From: Amphiscolops sp. MND2022
Lineage: Eukaryota
Direction: 5' to 3'
NCBI GenBank assembly: GCA_964187785.1
Contig: OZ076409.1
Coordinates: 90,088,001 to 90,152,000 of the forward strand
DNA length: 64,000 nucleotides
The notes under the pieces were generated by a model, which saw only the letters and a program-made list of their open reading frames with translations, ran no database searches and was not told where the DNA came from. Each line of letters opens with the position of its first letter. Within the stretch, counting starts at the first letter, position 1. Below are positions 25,904-36,260 of the stretch, piece after piece. The position numbers were made by a program, and so were the translations under genes.

Positions 25904-28900
25904 CTGAAGTCATAACATACAACCGTTTCAATTAGGGTAGAGAGTGAGAGACTTTCACGAAAACTCTAATAGTCAACTGTGTATCATCAAAATAATCAGC
26001 ATATTACGAGCACTAGTTATATAATTGAATAGCTGAAAGACCTCAGTCGCTAAATTTCTCAGTTGAGCTAATATATCAGCTAATATATTATTAAGGTTTA
26101 TAAAATTTAGGATCAGCGTCAAGATCATCTATATACATCTGAAATATTCTTTTCTTTTCATTGATACAGCATTTTCCATGGACAACCTCATTGCATGCAA
26201 GAATTTTCCCACGCAAATAGTGCTTGATGCTAACCCATATACATACTTTTTCAGGACTGAAGAAAGACACTTACGCATGGCGTTCCATTTGTCCCCAGGT
26301 ACAAGCTGAGAGGATTACCAAAATGAACAAGCAAATGGCAGTTATCAGTCCAGCCCCGAAAATGAAATCCACTCCTTCCCTGGAAATCACACATTTTTGT
26401 TTGATTGATGCCGTATCGTATTTGCCGGGGGATCGATATGGGAAGTACAGAACTAACAGGTAAGTGTAGCAGATCGAGTTCAGACCCGACACGAGGTTCC
26501 TGTGGACCACAGTGCACTCAGCCTTTTTGCGAGTAACATCCAAACTGTTTTTCACGTTACCCATGTTGCGTTCAACCAACCCAAACAGCAGGGTGACTGT
26601 CTACAATGAAGCACGACATTTCATTAGAATTAATCAAAACCAAAAACTCCATATCTAGCTGTAGCGCAGAATACGTTTTAAAGCTAGAAATCATAAATTC
26701 AAGTTAGAAGTATTGTAGGTTTTATTCTATACCAGTGAATTGACGTCGGTACATACAACGCGGCGAATTGAACAATTACATATCTTGTATCCGTACACAA
26801 GGTTGGATCTTCATTGCATTGCATGAAAATGTAGGTTTGGCTTCTCTGGTGAATACCTCATTTTTTTAAAGAGAACTATAAACGCCGATTATCAATATCA
26901 GATTTTTGACACCGCTAATTAGCAATTTTGCGACAGCGATGAATTTTTCAGCTATTTCATTGGCGATTCAAATTAGCGGCAACTAATAGTAGTACGTCCA
27001 AAATCAATTTTCCTAAAAGTGTACACTGAGTTTCAAAATGAACTTCAAAAAATTCAGACACTTATCTTGGTAGAACCCACACAGTACGGAAAATTCCAGT
27101 TATTTTTGAAAACTCACTGAAGATATCATTTAATTTTAAAGAAAAGAGTTGAAGTCAAACATTTAATTGTTCGAAAACTTTTTCAGCGAAATAGTGGATT
27201 TAAATTAGTGGTTTAGCGAAAAAATATTAGCAATGTCAAAACCATGGTCAAAGTACATGTATATATGACTTGAAGAAAGGAAAACTCACTTCTCCCTGGT
27301 CCTTTGATTTATCCTTCAACTCCATAAGAGTTTTATTGCTTTCATGGTACTTGTCAAATGCCTTTTGCAAATCCTGAAACATGATCATTGAGGAATAAGA
27401 CATTGGGAGAAACAGTTATTGGGATAAGATGACGTGGATTCAACAAACCGAGAAGTAGGGATTGGCCTTATGCATTTCACTTCCTTCATACTCTGGGCAG
27501 TTCAGAAAGTATGACATGTCTGTTTTTCTGAAGTCGGTTTGGTTGTAGAATACTCCCTGTGGATCCATGCAAAAATCAGAAACGCTCTGGAAACAAGTAA
27601 CTTAATTTGATAAGACGGAAAAATACCATAGTAGAATCATAGATAATATTTTCATGAAAGTTTCTATTTTTAGTCGGCGCTTTTCTAGAGAAAAGAGTCG
27701 ACTATTGTCATGGCTTTTCGTCAGTGTTTTTTGAAGTGACCAAAATAGTTCTACTAAAAACTAAATTGCCCTGTTTGGCCAAGGGAACTGAACCTGCCAA
27801 GGTTTCCTGCGTAACATACAATACCGGACGAGACCAAAGGGTCCCCCTTTCAGTTTTCCGGCATTGCGAGACTTATTTCGGAAAAAAATCTCAAAGGGCC
27901 CCCCGTCAATTTTTTGAAGTTTTGCGACAGAATGGATGTTGAAAAATCCCAAAGGATCGCATCTATCAATTTTTTTCTGCATTGCGAGACTTTTTTCAAA
28001 AAAATTCGGGTGCTGTAGAAGAGGATACTTTGACATTTTGAAGTCCTTTTGCTATTTTTGAGCCTTAGATATGGCGCCGACTTGGGCCGGTCCCGGCTTG
28101 TTGCTCTATACGATCACATTTGCGTAGAATATTAGTTTACGGCGGCGAGTTGACGAAAAATTCAAAGTGTAACGGAAACTTGACATCAAAACTATTATTT
28201 AAACTCACCAAGGCGAACATCAGGTACCACGAGGTGATACTGAAAGCAGCGATCAGTCCGAAAATGCCCATAACAGCTCCACTAAAATTGAAGAGAAAAT
28301 CAAAAACTAAGCCGTTACCAGAAAAAACTTTTGGCAACATTAAAAAAACTTACACCATGAGGAAAACTTCTGAAGTGCACAGGACAGCCAAAAAGACGAC
28401 GAAAGAGATTAGTGCACACCATCCCAGCAGACTCCAAGTTGAAACATTTCTGTTGAAACAGTAGAAATGGATAAATTGACAAAATTCCTTAATCGCAAGC
28501 ATCTCAATGACACAGTGGAAGCTGAAAGCTATTGAATGACAATGACATACTCTCGAATCATTTCCAATTAACAGTGCTTCAATAAAAAACGGGATTACGA
28601 CTTTCAGTCAGTGTTATGACACCGCGTTGCTAAAGGAAAGAAACGGCAGCGAAATATTAAGCTGTGCCTATTTTCAGCTGCTTCAAGAATGCTGAATGCT
28701 TGATTTCTCCTGGCACTAATTGTTCTGAGAAAACTTTGGAATATATTAAGAGACCGTATGAACAGGGGCGGTTTTAAGGAGGTACCTCATGAACTCCATG
28801 TCAACAATGAAGCTTCTGATGACCTCCAGATCACTGTTGTGGTTGAGGACTCTCCAATTCTGAGTTTGACTCAGCTTATCCTCCACCTCTCGTACTGTGG

Positions 28901-31900
28901 CGGACGCGTTTTCGACTTGATCGGAAGCCTCCTTTGCTTTCTGGTCACCACTGTTGTCGAAGATGTAGTCGTAAGTCGCCCGCAGAATGTCCAAGCTGTA
29001 TGCAGTATCATCCAAGCCGTTTTTCACTTGCTTCACCTGATCATAAAAAAGTTCACAGCTTTCTCAGGGAAGTATACACTCAACTCCGCTTATCACGATT
29101 GACCGGGACCGGTCTTTTAATCGTTACATTCGAATATCGTTATTGGCGAAAATCGTTATATACTAGCATCGTGCCCGGGACAGTGAAACTCTATCGCTAT
29201 AACCGGAATATCGCTATAAACAATTGCTATAAACGAAGTTGAGTGTACACAGTACCATAAAATGAATGTATGTATACTCGAGATTTTGGCCAGCCTGGAA
29301 TAGCTTCCGAGTCAGACAAAATATGTCGACCTCATTGCTGTCAGGAAATTTTCTATTTGTACTTTGAAACATTTAAAATAGTGAAAAATAACCTCGTCGA
29401 AGATTGAAGAGACGTGTGTAGAGATATTATTTGAACTTTCAACAAGTCCGTCGGTACCCTCAGCGCATTGGACATTTCCATACCCACCGATTACGGTTGA
29501 ACAACTGTAGCAAAGAAGAGTCTGGCTTGATGTGAATCGAAACATGTGTATATAATTTTGACTGATAATTGCTTACCCGATAAGAATAGAGAAAGCCACA
29601 ATGAAAAACTTGAGACACTTCAAATTGCCAGATTTAGTCTCCGGAGGAGTGCGACAACACATACAGCAAGATATTATGCCAGTTATGAGTATCGAGAGCA
29701 GCAGCAAAATTGCACATGCAGCCGGATACGTCATCAAACTCTAAACATTGAACCCCGGTGATACTAACACTCATCTGCAGAAAAGCAAAAAAGTTTTAAC
29801 TATTAATCCGGCATTCATGTGGCATTTTGCTTTCCAGATTTATTTCTAGGCAGTAAAATTGATTTCCAAAGTTACTTTGTCTGGAGATTCCCACGTACAT
29901 CTCTGTGCAGTTATCATCCATACGACAATTTTACTTTGTGAAAATTTCGCGCAAAAATTCAAAAACTTTCATTCACATTTCGAAAGCAAACAGATAATCC
30001 TTCAGTAATTTTTCATCAGAGAAACTATTTTTTTTCTTCCTCTATCAGATATCATGGATCTTCATCAATCAAGTGCCATGTGTATCATCATGTTGGGGGG
30101 AGAAGACACACACACTATTTAAATATTAAATAGTTTCAGATAAAGTTTGAAATTTGAGGGACAGCCGTGGTGGTCCCATTAATGCTGATCATTGCAGCAA
30201 GCTCGTTACATCATTCTCTGGAGAAGTGGAAAAACATAAAGAAAAGACTTAGAAGAGAAGTGATCGCAGTCCCTGGGCTTAGTCTGAACCCTTGTGCAGC
30301 AAACCCCAGAAAAACTGTTCAATTTCTGGTTAGAAAATTTATTTTTCCATACAACGAAAAGTTTCTATTGTGGCACGACGTAGTGAACAACTCCATCTCG
30401 CCCCACAAATCAAACTATCACTGCCCACTAAGTGGAAGTGAACTGACGAAACAGATCACGAAATTAGAAAACTGTCAAGGTGTGGTATACTGTCCCCGGA
30501 AAGGTTCCCCAAATATCTATCCCCTTCTGAAAAAGTTGAAAATACCTGTGCTTCACGTCACACGTGAACTTTTGTCACAAAGGAAGCGACAGGACAAAAA
30601 ACTTTTAGCGAAATACGAGGCTCTTCATCAAGAACCAGCTTTTGAAATAAAAACGTTGAGCATTATCAGAAAACAAAATTGGCAACTGAGGCAGCTCATC
30701 AAAAAGAAAAAGAAACCATCATCTAAGAAACGGAGAGCGAGGAAGAACGAACAAGAAAACCAGTGAGTCCAATTTCCAATCTGTTAGATTTTGTAACTGT
30801 TTTCTTTGGGTCATTGATTCAGTTCGGTGTGCCTAAACCAAACAGATTACAAAATGAACAAGAACTGTAAAACTTGCAAACGCAAGATCAATCAAAATGA
30901 GAAAATATATCAATGCATTGGATGCAACTGTTTCATGCACCTTGAACCTTCGTGTACTGGCCTCTCAAATGTAGCCTTAAATGGAATAAAAGAACTCGGG
31001 CTCAGTTGCATGTTATTATGCAACACCTGTATTGAAAACAATGAACGAGATAACATCATTAAAAGTTGGACAATACACAAAGCGAACGAACAAGTCGAAG
31101 CCCTTAAAATTGAAAACAAACTGGAATCGCTGGAGGTGAAACTAACTTCCCTGATTGACAAAAAAGTAGAAGAAGTCTTGAAAGTCTCCTGTAAAGAAAT
31201 CCAAAACAGCTATAGCGAAATAGCGGCAAAAAATGTTGAAATAGTTTCTACGAGGAGACCCTTGCCGGAAACAGATCACAAACAAATCCTGAACCACAAC
31301 ATCTCATCAAGTCTGAGAATACATGGGATCCCCGAAGATCTGGATAAAAAGAAATATGAAAATCTCGTCCCAACCACCGAAAAGGTTAACGAAATACTTA
31401 CAAAAATTGGCGTTGACACAAAAGTCAAAGAATTGAGAAGACTTGGAAAGTTTGACAAAGACAGAAAAAAGTCCAGGACTGTCCTCGTTACCTTCAACAC
31501 GGAACACGAAGCACGCTTGGTGCTAGCAAAAAGCTTTGAGAAACGTACTGAACTCAAAGATGAGAACATTTTTCTGATGCCTATGTTGTCTAGAGAAGAT
31601 GCCTTGAAAGAAAATCTGTGTTTGAAGAAGCGGAGAGAACTGATCAACAACGGTATACCACCTGACAAACTGAAAATACGGAACTTTGAACTTTTTAACG
31701 ATGGAAAGAAAGTCCTACTAATTGATGAAAATGAAAAAACTGACTGACTATTTTACATGAACATGCTGTTACTGAATACTCGAAGCCTATGGAAAGCAGA
31801 AAGGAGAGAAATTCGTGAATGCAATTATTTTGAGCCAGTATAATGTCATTTGTGTGAGACGTGGTTGGATGGGGGTGTGTCAGACTCTGAACTACAACTG

Positions 31901-34900
31901 AAAGAGTACAAACTTTACCGAGCAGACAGACCGTCTACTAAAGACTACTCTACTCATGGAGGTTCGCTAATTGCCGTGAAAAGCACTCTTGTTTCCAAAC
32001 AACTAGACATCGTATTACCTGAATGCTGTGTAGCCTGTTCAATAACTCTTGACAACTTAGAGATTGTTCTTTGTACTCTGTACAACCCACCGGATGACAG
32101 CAAATACCGATATGAAATTGCAGACTTTAAACAAATACTCGACTCTTTACCAAAAACAACTCCACTAATTGTCTGTGGGGACATGAACTTGCCTACAGTT
32201 GACTGGAACACGTTATGCAGCTCCGATGACTACGAACAAAGAGTCATTGATTTGTTTGATCATCACATGCTTCGGCAAGTAGTTGACTTTCCCACTTGTG
32301 CAAACAACACCATAGACTTGGTCTTTCAAAGGAAATGTAATATCTTGGCCGAAAAGGATAATGATTTCACGAAGGTCTACAACATCACTAATCATCATGC
32401 AGTGAAAATGAGACTCGAATGCTCGCATCACCAACGGAAACCCATATTTGAGAAGTATCGGAGTTACGGGAGAGCTGACTATCAAAAAATGATTGACATT
32501 ATGAGCACACGTCCTTTCAGTCCAGTTTGTCACACAAACATCGACAACATGTATTCTGAATTGTGTCAATACACTGAAAATTTAATACAGGAGTGTGTTC
32601 CGCTGAGAACGAGACATCGACAAGAAATGCCTCCTTGGATAACTCCAAGTACATCGAATCTCATAAACAAATTGAAAACTCAGAAGAAAGTGCTTCTAGA
32701 AAGACCTACTGCATACCGAAGAAATAACGTATCTAAACTAGAGAACGTGGTTCTAGAGAACTGTGAAATCGATCGTTTGAAGTACCAAGAAGAACTTTTC
32801 AGCTCACGCAATACTGAAAAAATTTTCAAGCACTTGAACTATCTCAACAAAGCGAATTGCATTCCTAAAGTGATGTACAAAGGCGATGAGGTCAGTCGTT
32901 CAGAAAACGAAACAGCCCGCTTCTTCAACGAGTTCTTCCATTCGGTTTACTCTCCAAAAATACCATACATACTACAAGACATTCGAAACAAAAGATCGGT
33001 TTTGACAAACTTTGACGTTTCAAGATCCAAAATTCGAAGCATTTTAACAGACCTAGACATCACCAAGTCCAGAGGCCCTAACAAATTTCCCCCAGTACTT
33101 TTCCAAAAAACAGCTGTTGAAATGAGTACTACCCTGAACAAACTATTCAAGAATGTTAAAAGGCTACGAACACTTCCTAGATGTTGGAAAGATGCTACTA
33201 TCGTGCCTGTCTACAAGAAGGGCGATAAACAATTAGTAAAGAATTACAGACCAGTGTCGCTTCTGAGTATTGACAGCAAAGTTTTCGAAAAGTGCTTGTA
33301 TGATCCTCTCTTTCTTCATTTCTCTTTCTTTCTCTCCAGAAACCAGCACGGATTTGTCCGTGGAAGATCAGTTCAATCAAACATGCTGAAATTCTTGAAA
33401 GACATACATGAAGCCTTGGATAAAAATTATAGTGATACAGTGGTCGCTTTTTACACCGACTTTGCGAAAGCATTTGACCGAGTACCGCATTATGAGCTGC
33501 TGAAGAAAGTGAGTGCAATTGGCGTTGGAGGCTGCTTTCTCGATATTCTTTGTGACTACTTGGAACGACGAACCCAGCACGTTAGAGTTGGGAACACTAT
33601 ATCTCAGCAGTTAGAAATTACAAGTGGAGTGCCCCAAGGATCTCTCGTGGGTCCCTTATTGTTCTGTATTTTCATAAACGACCTCCCCGAAGCACTGAAG
33701 TTTAGTGATCCCTACATATTTGCAGATGATCTAAAAATATTAGCTGTCGCGAAGACACAAGCGCACATAAAATCCGACTTAGAAGCCATTTCGAACTGGG
33801 TTGACACCAATGGAATGAGCTTGGCTCCGGATAAATGCTACAAACTTGAGTTCAGAGGTACAAATTGTCAATATAAAGTCGGAAACATCAACTTTGAGGA
33901 CACAGAAGAAGTTAAAGACCTTGGCATCTTTGTAAAAAGAGATCTCAACTGGTCAGCACATGTTAGCAGTAGGTTGAAAAAAGCCTATAATGTTTTGTTC
34001 TCCCTCAGGCGGAACATTGCGTACAATGTTAAATCTAACACTAAGCTGAACCTGTACAAATCGCTGGTACTTCCGACCGTCACCTATGGACTTTTTTGTG
34101 CCAAACAATCAAAAGCCATCATGAACGCTTTAGAGAGGCTCCAGAAGAAAGCTGTGAAATGGATAATGGGCAACAAACAGACTTGCTATGCTAACAGTTT
34201 GAGGCTACTGAACATTTTGCCGCTACCAATGTTTGTGCAGATGAACGATCTCCTACTTTTTTCATCGCTTACCAGAGGAAACCTGGCGAACATTTTGAAC
34301 TTACATACCAAAATGACTTGCAGCGCACGCAGACCCATAAACTATCAAATGAAAATCCCCCGGACTGAGAGAAGCCGCAGCGAATTTTTCTTTAGGAATT
34401 GTCAGATCGTGAACAAGGTTAATAATTGCTTTGACATTGGCAACGGAATGGGTCTCAAAGACAGACTTCTCTGCGATATGTGGAGACACTACAATAACCA
34501 GTTCGACGAAGACAACTCTTGTACATGGTTAAGGGTGTGCGACTGTGGACAATGTAGAATCAGGGGACGAAGATGTTAGAAAGAATTTGGGAGCAATCCC
34601 ATCAGCGAAAGCTGTAAATCCACATCAACAACAACAACAACAACAACAACAACACCCGTGGTCTGCAACGACAGTAGGGAACCCCATACCAGCCACTATC
34701 CCAGTAGACCAGTATCAAAAAGAAACAACCAACAAACTACTCATAACAGCCACTATCGCAGTCGACCGGTAGCATTTTCTTTTAAAGCTGCCATGATATA
34801 GAGGTTTAAAAAATTACCTATATGTAAATAATCAGAGAAACTATTACACAATCGATTCTTTCAACCTAATTTCGAAACCTACTTCGATTTTCTCAAACCG

Positions 34901-35139
34901 TAAATTTTTTAATGCTTGAAATGCATCATGGAAACCTTAAAGGCCTAAATTCATTAAAAGCTAACCATGAAATATGGATTGAGTTCAAGTTTGCTGTCTT
35001 CGAGATGAAGATCGAATTCATTGGACACAGCTTTGAAGGTAAGAACGGAAAGTCGTGGGAAGCTGTGGAACAACTTCGCCATGTCTGGCACGGTGTAGTT
35101 GTTCTCCGTGGAGACTTGAATGTTAGCAAACTTCTCCAT
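25744..35139 (-). CDS. ttyh: Tweety-family (TTYH) membrane protein, spliced gene; 11 coding exons resolved, last exon unresolved
   Basis: Exons 35139-34966, 29740-29577, 29504-29393, 29036-28786, 28449-28354, 28281-28209, 27586-27449, 27373-27290, 26600-26458, 26379-26275, 25903-25744; all GT-AG with matching phases and no stops. Family motifs: LFHSFPR, TM1+CCMCC, GGYGN...G, EFMR, SDFCMDP, YFLNC...NPY, C..VHRN...GLNSIC...LEG, five TM segments. Confidence 0.9.
26275..26379 (-). CDS. ttyh: Tweety coding exon 10 (TM5)
   Basis: TCCAG|EGVDFIFGAGLITAICLFILVILSACTWGQMERH|GTAAG. Confidence 0.85.
26458..26600 (-). CDS. ttyh: Tweety coding exon 9
   Basis: TGTAG|TVTLLFGLVERN...ECTVVHRNLVSGLNSICYTY|GTTAG. 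Confidence 0.85.
27290..27373 (-). CDS. ttyh: Tweety coding exon 8
   Basis: TTCAG|DLQKAFDKYHESNKTLMELKDKSKDQGE|GTGAG. Confidence 0.85.
27449..27586 (-). CDS. ttyh: Tweety coding exon 7
   Basis: TCCAG|SVSDFCMDPQ...SYFLNC...ANPYFS|GTTTG; contains the hallmark SDFC.DP motif. Confidence 0.9.
27667..28102 (-). mobile_element. HINE/DINE-1-like non-autonomous Helentron in Tweety intron 6
   Basis: Minus strand 5' AACAAGCCGGGACCGGCCCA-AGTCGGCGC (sub-TIR); 3' hairpin TAGTCG..CTTTTC/GAAAAG..CGACTA ending in the complementary GCGCCGACT plus an A run. Same family as 11253-11801. Confidence 0.75.
28209..28281 (-). CDS. ttyh: Tweety coding exon 6 (TM4)
   Basis: TTTTAG|GAVMGIFGLIAAFSITSWYLMFAL|GTGAG. Confidence 0.85.
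28354..28449 (-). CDS. ttyh: Tweety coding exon 5 (TM3)
   Basis: AACAG|NVSTWSLLGWCALISFVVFLAVLCTSEVFLM|GTAAG. Confidence 0.85.
28786..29036 (-). CDS. ttyh: Tweety coding exon 4
   Basis: ATCAG|VKQVKNGL...IVDMEFM|GTACC, phase 0 to 2. Confidence 0.87.
29077..29245. mobile_element. Tc1/mariner-type MITE in Tweety intron 3
   Basis: TIR CACTCAACT(C/T)CG(C/T)TTAT at both ends, flanked by TA on each side. Confidence 0.8.
29393..29504 (-). CDS. ttyh: Tweety coding exon 3
   Basis: CTACAG|CSTVIGGYGNVQCAEGTDGLV...IFDE|GTTAT, phase 2 to 0. Confidence 0.87.
29577..29740 (-). CDS. ttyh: Tweety coding exon 2 (TM1, start of TM2)
   Basis: TTTAG|SLMTYPAACAILLLLSILITGIISCCMCC...FSILI|GTAAG, phase 0 to 2. Confidence 0.85.
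30167..30766 (+). CDS. LINE extra upstream ORF0; possible SGNH/esterase-like fold with a basic C-terminal tail
   Basis: 199 open codons. IIAASSL, PGLSL and WHDVVNNS are spaced like SGNH blocks I-III (inference). Homologous remnant in the second copy (59614-59859). Confidence 0.6.
   Translation: MVVPLMLIIAASSLHHSLEKWKNIKKRLRREVIAVPGLSLNPCAANPRKTVQFLVRKFIFPYNEKFLLWHDVVNNSISPHKSNYHCPLSGSELTKQITKLENCQGVVYCPRKGSPNIYPLLKKLKIPVLHVTRELLSQRKRQDKKLLAKYEALHQEPAFEIKTLSIIRKQNWQLRQLIKKKKKPSSKKRRARKNEQENQ
30827..31747 (+). CDS. LINE ORF1: PHD finger, coiled coil and RRM/CTD
   Basis: CKTC...CIGC..FMH..C...CNTC (PHD); SLRIHGIPE, LRRLGKF and RTVLVTF motifs of CR1-type ORF1. First ATG at 30854. Confidence 0.9.
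   Translation: MCLNQTDYKMNKNCKTCKRKINQNEKIYQCIGCNCFMHLEPSCTGLSNVALNGIKELGLSCMLLCNTCIENNERDNIIKSWTIHKANEQVEALKIENKLESLEVKLTSLIDKKVEEVLKVSCKEIQNSYSEIAAKNVEIVSTRRPLPETDHKQILNHNISSSLRIHGIPEDLDKKKYENLVPTTEKVNEILTKIGVDTKVKELRRLGKFDKDRKKSRTVLVTFNTEHEARLVLAKSFEKRTELKDENIFLMPMLSREDALKENLCLKKRRELINNGIPPDKLKIRNFELFNDGKKVLLIDENEKTD
31850..34579 (+). CDS. LINE ORF2: apurinic-like endonuclease plus reverse transcriptase
   Basis: ETWL, YRADR, YNPP, GDMN, TIDLV (APE); NYRPVSLL, DFAKAFD, GVPQGS, FADD (RT). True start probably ~31757 (MNMLLLNTRSL), separated by two small frameshifts. Confidence 0.95.
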   Translation: MCETWLDGGVSDSELQLKEYKLYRADRPSTKDYSTHGGSLIAVKSTLVSKQLDIVLPECCVACSITLDNLEIVLCTLYNPPDDSKYRYEIADFKQILDSLPKTTPLIVCGDMNLPTVDWNTLCSSDDYEQRVIDLFDHHMLRQVVDFPTCANNTIDLVFQRKCNILAEKDNDFTKVYNITNHHAVKMRLECSHHQRKPIFEKYRSYGRADYQKMIDIMSTRPFSPVCHTNIDNMYSELCQYTENLIQECVPLRTRHRQEMPPWITPSTSNLINKLKTQKKVLLERPTAYRRNNVSKLENVVLENCEIDRLKYQEELFSSRNTEKIFKHLNYLNKANCIPKVMYKGDEVSRSENETARFFNEFFHSVYSPKIPYILQDIRNKRSVLTNFDVSRSKIRSILTDLDITKSRGPNKFPPVLFQKTAVEMSTTLNKLFKNVKRLRTLPRCWKDATIVPVYKKGDKQLVKNYRPVSLLSIDSKVFEKCLYDPLFLHFSFFLSRNQHGFVRGRSVQSNMLKFLKDIHEALDKNYSDTVVAFYTDFAKAFDRVPHYELLKKVSAIGVGGCFLDILCDYLERRTQHVRVGNTISQQLEITSGVPQGSLVGPLLFCIFINDLPEALKFSDPYIFADDLKILAVAKTQAHIKSDLEAISNWVDTNGMSLAPDKCYKLEFRGTNCQYKVGNINFEDTEEVKDLGIFVKRDLNWSAHVSSRLKKAYNVLFSLRRNIAYNVKSNTKLNLYKSLVLPTVTYGLFCAKQSKAIMNALERLQKKAVKWIMGNKQTCYANSLRLLNILPLPMFVQMNDLLLFSSLTRGNLANILNLHTKMTCSARRPINYQMKIPRTERSRSEFFFRNCQIVNKVNNCFDIGNGMGLKDRLLCDMWRHYNNQFDEDNSCTWLRVCDCGQCRIRGRRC
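34966..35139 (-). CDS. ttyh: Tweety coding exon 1
   Basis: MEKFANIQ...YTVPDMAKLFHSFPRLSV...NPYFM|GTTAG. An acceptor TTTCGTTTCAG lies just upstream of the ATG (~35177). Confidence 0.82.
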
Positions 35140-35199
35140 GGTTGTTTGTGCTGATCGATCTCTAACCTATCATTATCTGAAACGAAAACAAAGCCTGTT

Positions 35200-35460
35200 T
35201 AATTTTTTTCTCCCTATTTTATTCAAAATCAGATATCATGGATCTTCGTTATCAATCAAGTGCCATGTGTATCATCATGTTGGGGGGAGAAGACACACAC
35301 CCGTGGTCTGTAGCGAAAGTAGGGGACCCGATACCAGCCACTATACCAGTAGACCAGTAACAAAAAAAACATCCAACAGACTACTCAAACCAGCCACTAT
35401 GCAGTCGACCGGTAGAAATTTTTTGCCTGTTCAAAGAGGTTGCGTGATGGCTTTAAACAG
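35200..35460 (-). mobile_element. 5'-truncated CRE retroposon (3' UTR only)
   Basis: Matches 39740-39967, which follows the CRE REL stop region, and has an A-rich tail. Another copy (30027-30115 plus 34653-~34830) is split by the LINE. Confidence 0.75.
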
Positions 35461-35486
35461 TAAATGCGGAACCCAAACAACATTTT

Positions 35487-35730
35487 CGTTGTTGCGGAAT
35501 TTCAGCTTTCGCTGATGGGATGTCTCCCAATTTTTTTCTAGCATCTTGGCGTCCTATGTCTCTAGCGTCCCATGTTTCTGCATTGGCCAGGGTCGCACAC
35601 CCTTAACCATGTACAGTTGTCGAACTGGTTATTGAAGTGCCTCCACATATCGCACAGAAGTCTGTCTTGAAGACCCGTTCTTTTACCAAAGCCAAAGCAA
35701 CAATTAACTCTGTTCACGATCGACAACCTA
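35487..35730 (-). mobile_element. 3' fragment of the three-ORF LINE family
   Basis: GLQDRLLCDMWRHFNNQFD..CTWLRVCD and the 3' UTR CCCATCAGCGAAAGCTG match 34400-34625. Confidence 0.88.
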
Positions 35731-36260
35731 TTTTTGGATTCCATTCAGGATCTGATTGACAGTTTGGAGTCGAAAATAAACTTATGGTACCTTGACGATG
35801 GAAACCTAAGTGATGATTACAGAACCGTTTTGAAAGATCTCAAAAAAATAGTTGAAGCGGAAAAAACGCTGGGACTCAGAATTAAACCCACGAAATGCGA
35901 AATTTTTTTCCTCGGGGACATCACTGAAAAACGCCGATCGACAATTTTAGCATCTTTTCAAAAAAGCGTTTTTACGCTGTTCGTATCTTTGTGTAACGTA
36001 GTAGTAGTAGTAGTAGAAGATTATGGAGTTATAAAATACGTACATGTTATGAATAAAACGAAAAACCGAAAGATTATGAGCGACAAAACGAACAGTAGCA
36101 TTTTATAAACAGTGAACAGGAGTTCGAGATATCAAAGTACTGTATGACTACATGGTTTCATCAAAATATGACATCTCTGGAAAAGATGTGGTGGAGTGTT
36201 CATAAATCTATCTTTGGAATAAGAAACTACCAAGTATCGAAACACGTAGTTAGTGTTTTA

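Larger units (their letters stand above)
30116..34652 (+). mobile_element. Near-intact full-length CR1/L2-group LINE with three ORFs and a (CAA)n tail
   Basis: ORF0, ORF1 and ORF2 in tandem, short structured 3' UTR, (CAA)n tail. Splits a CRE 3'-UTR copy at GAAGACACACACAC|CACCCGTGG; the uninterrupted form is at ~35289. Confidence 0.95.

Noticed and set aside
34545..34772. Poly-Q protein ORF
   Set aside because: It is the (CAA)n tail of the LINE.
35228..35415. Independent SINE family (four copies)
   Set aside because: At 39740 and 60075 it is contiguous with the CRE ORF end, so it is the CRE 3' UTR.
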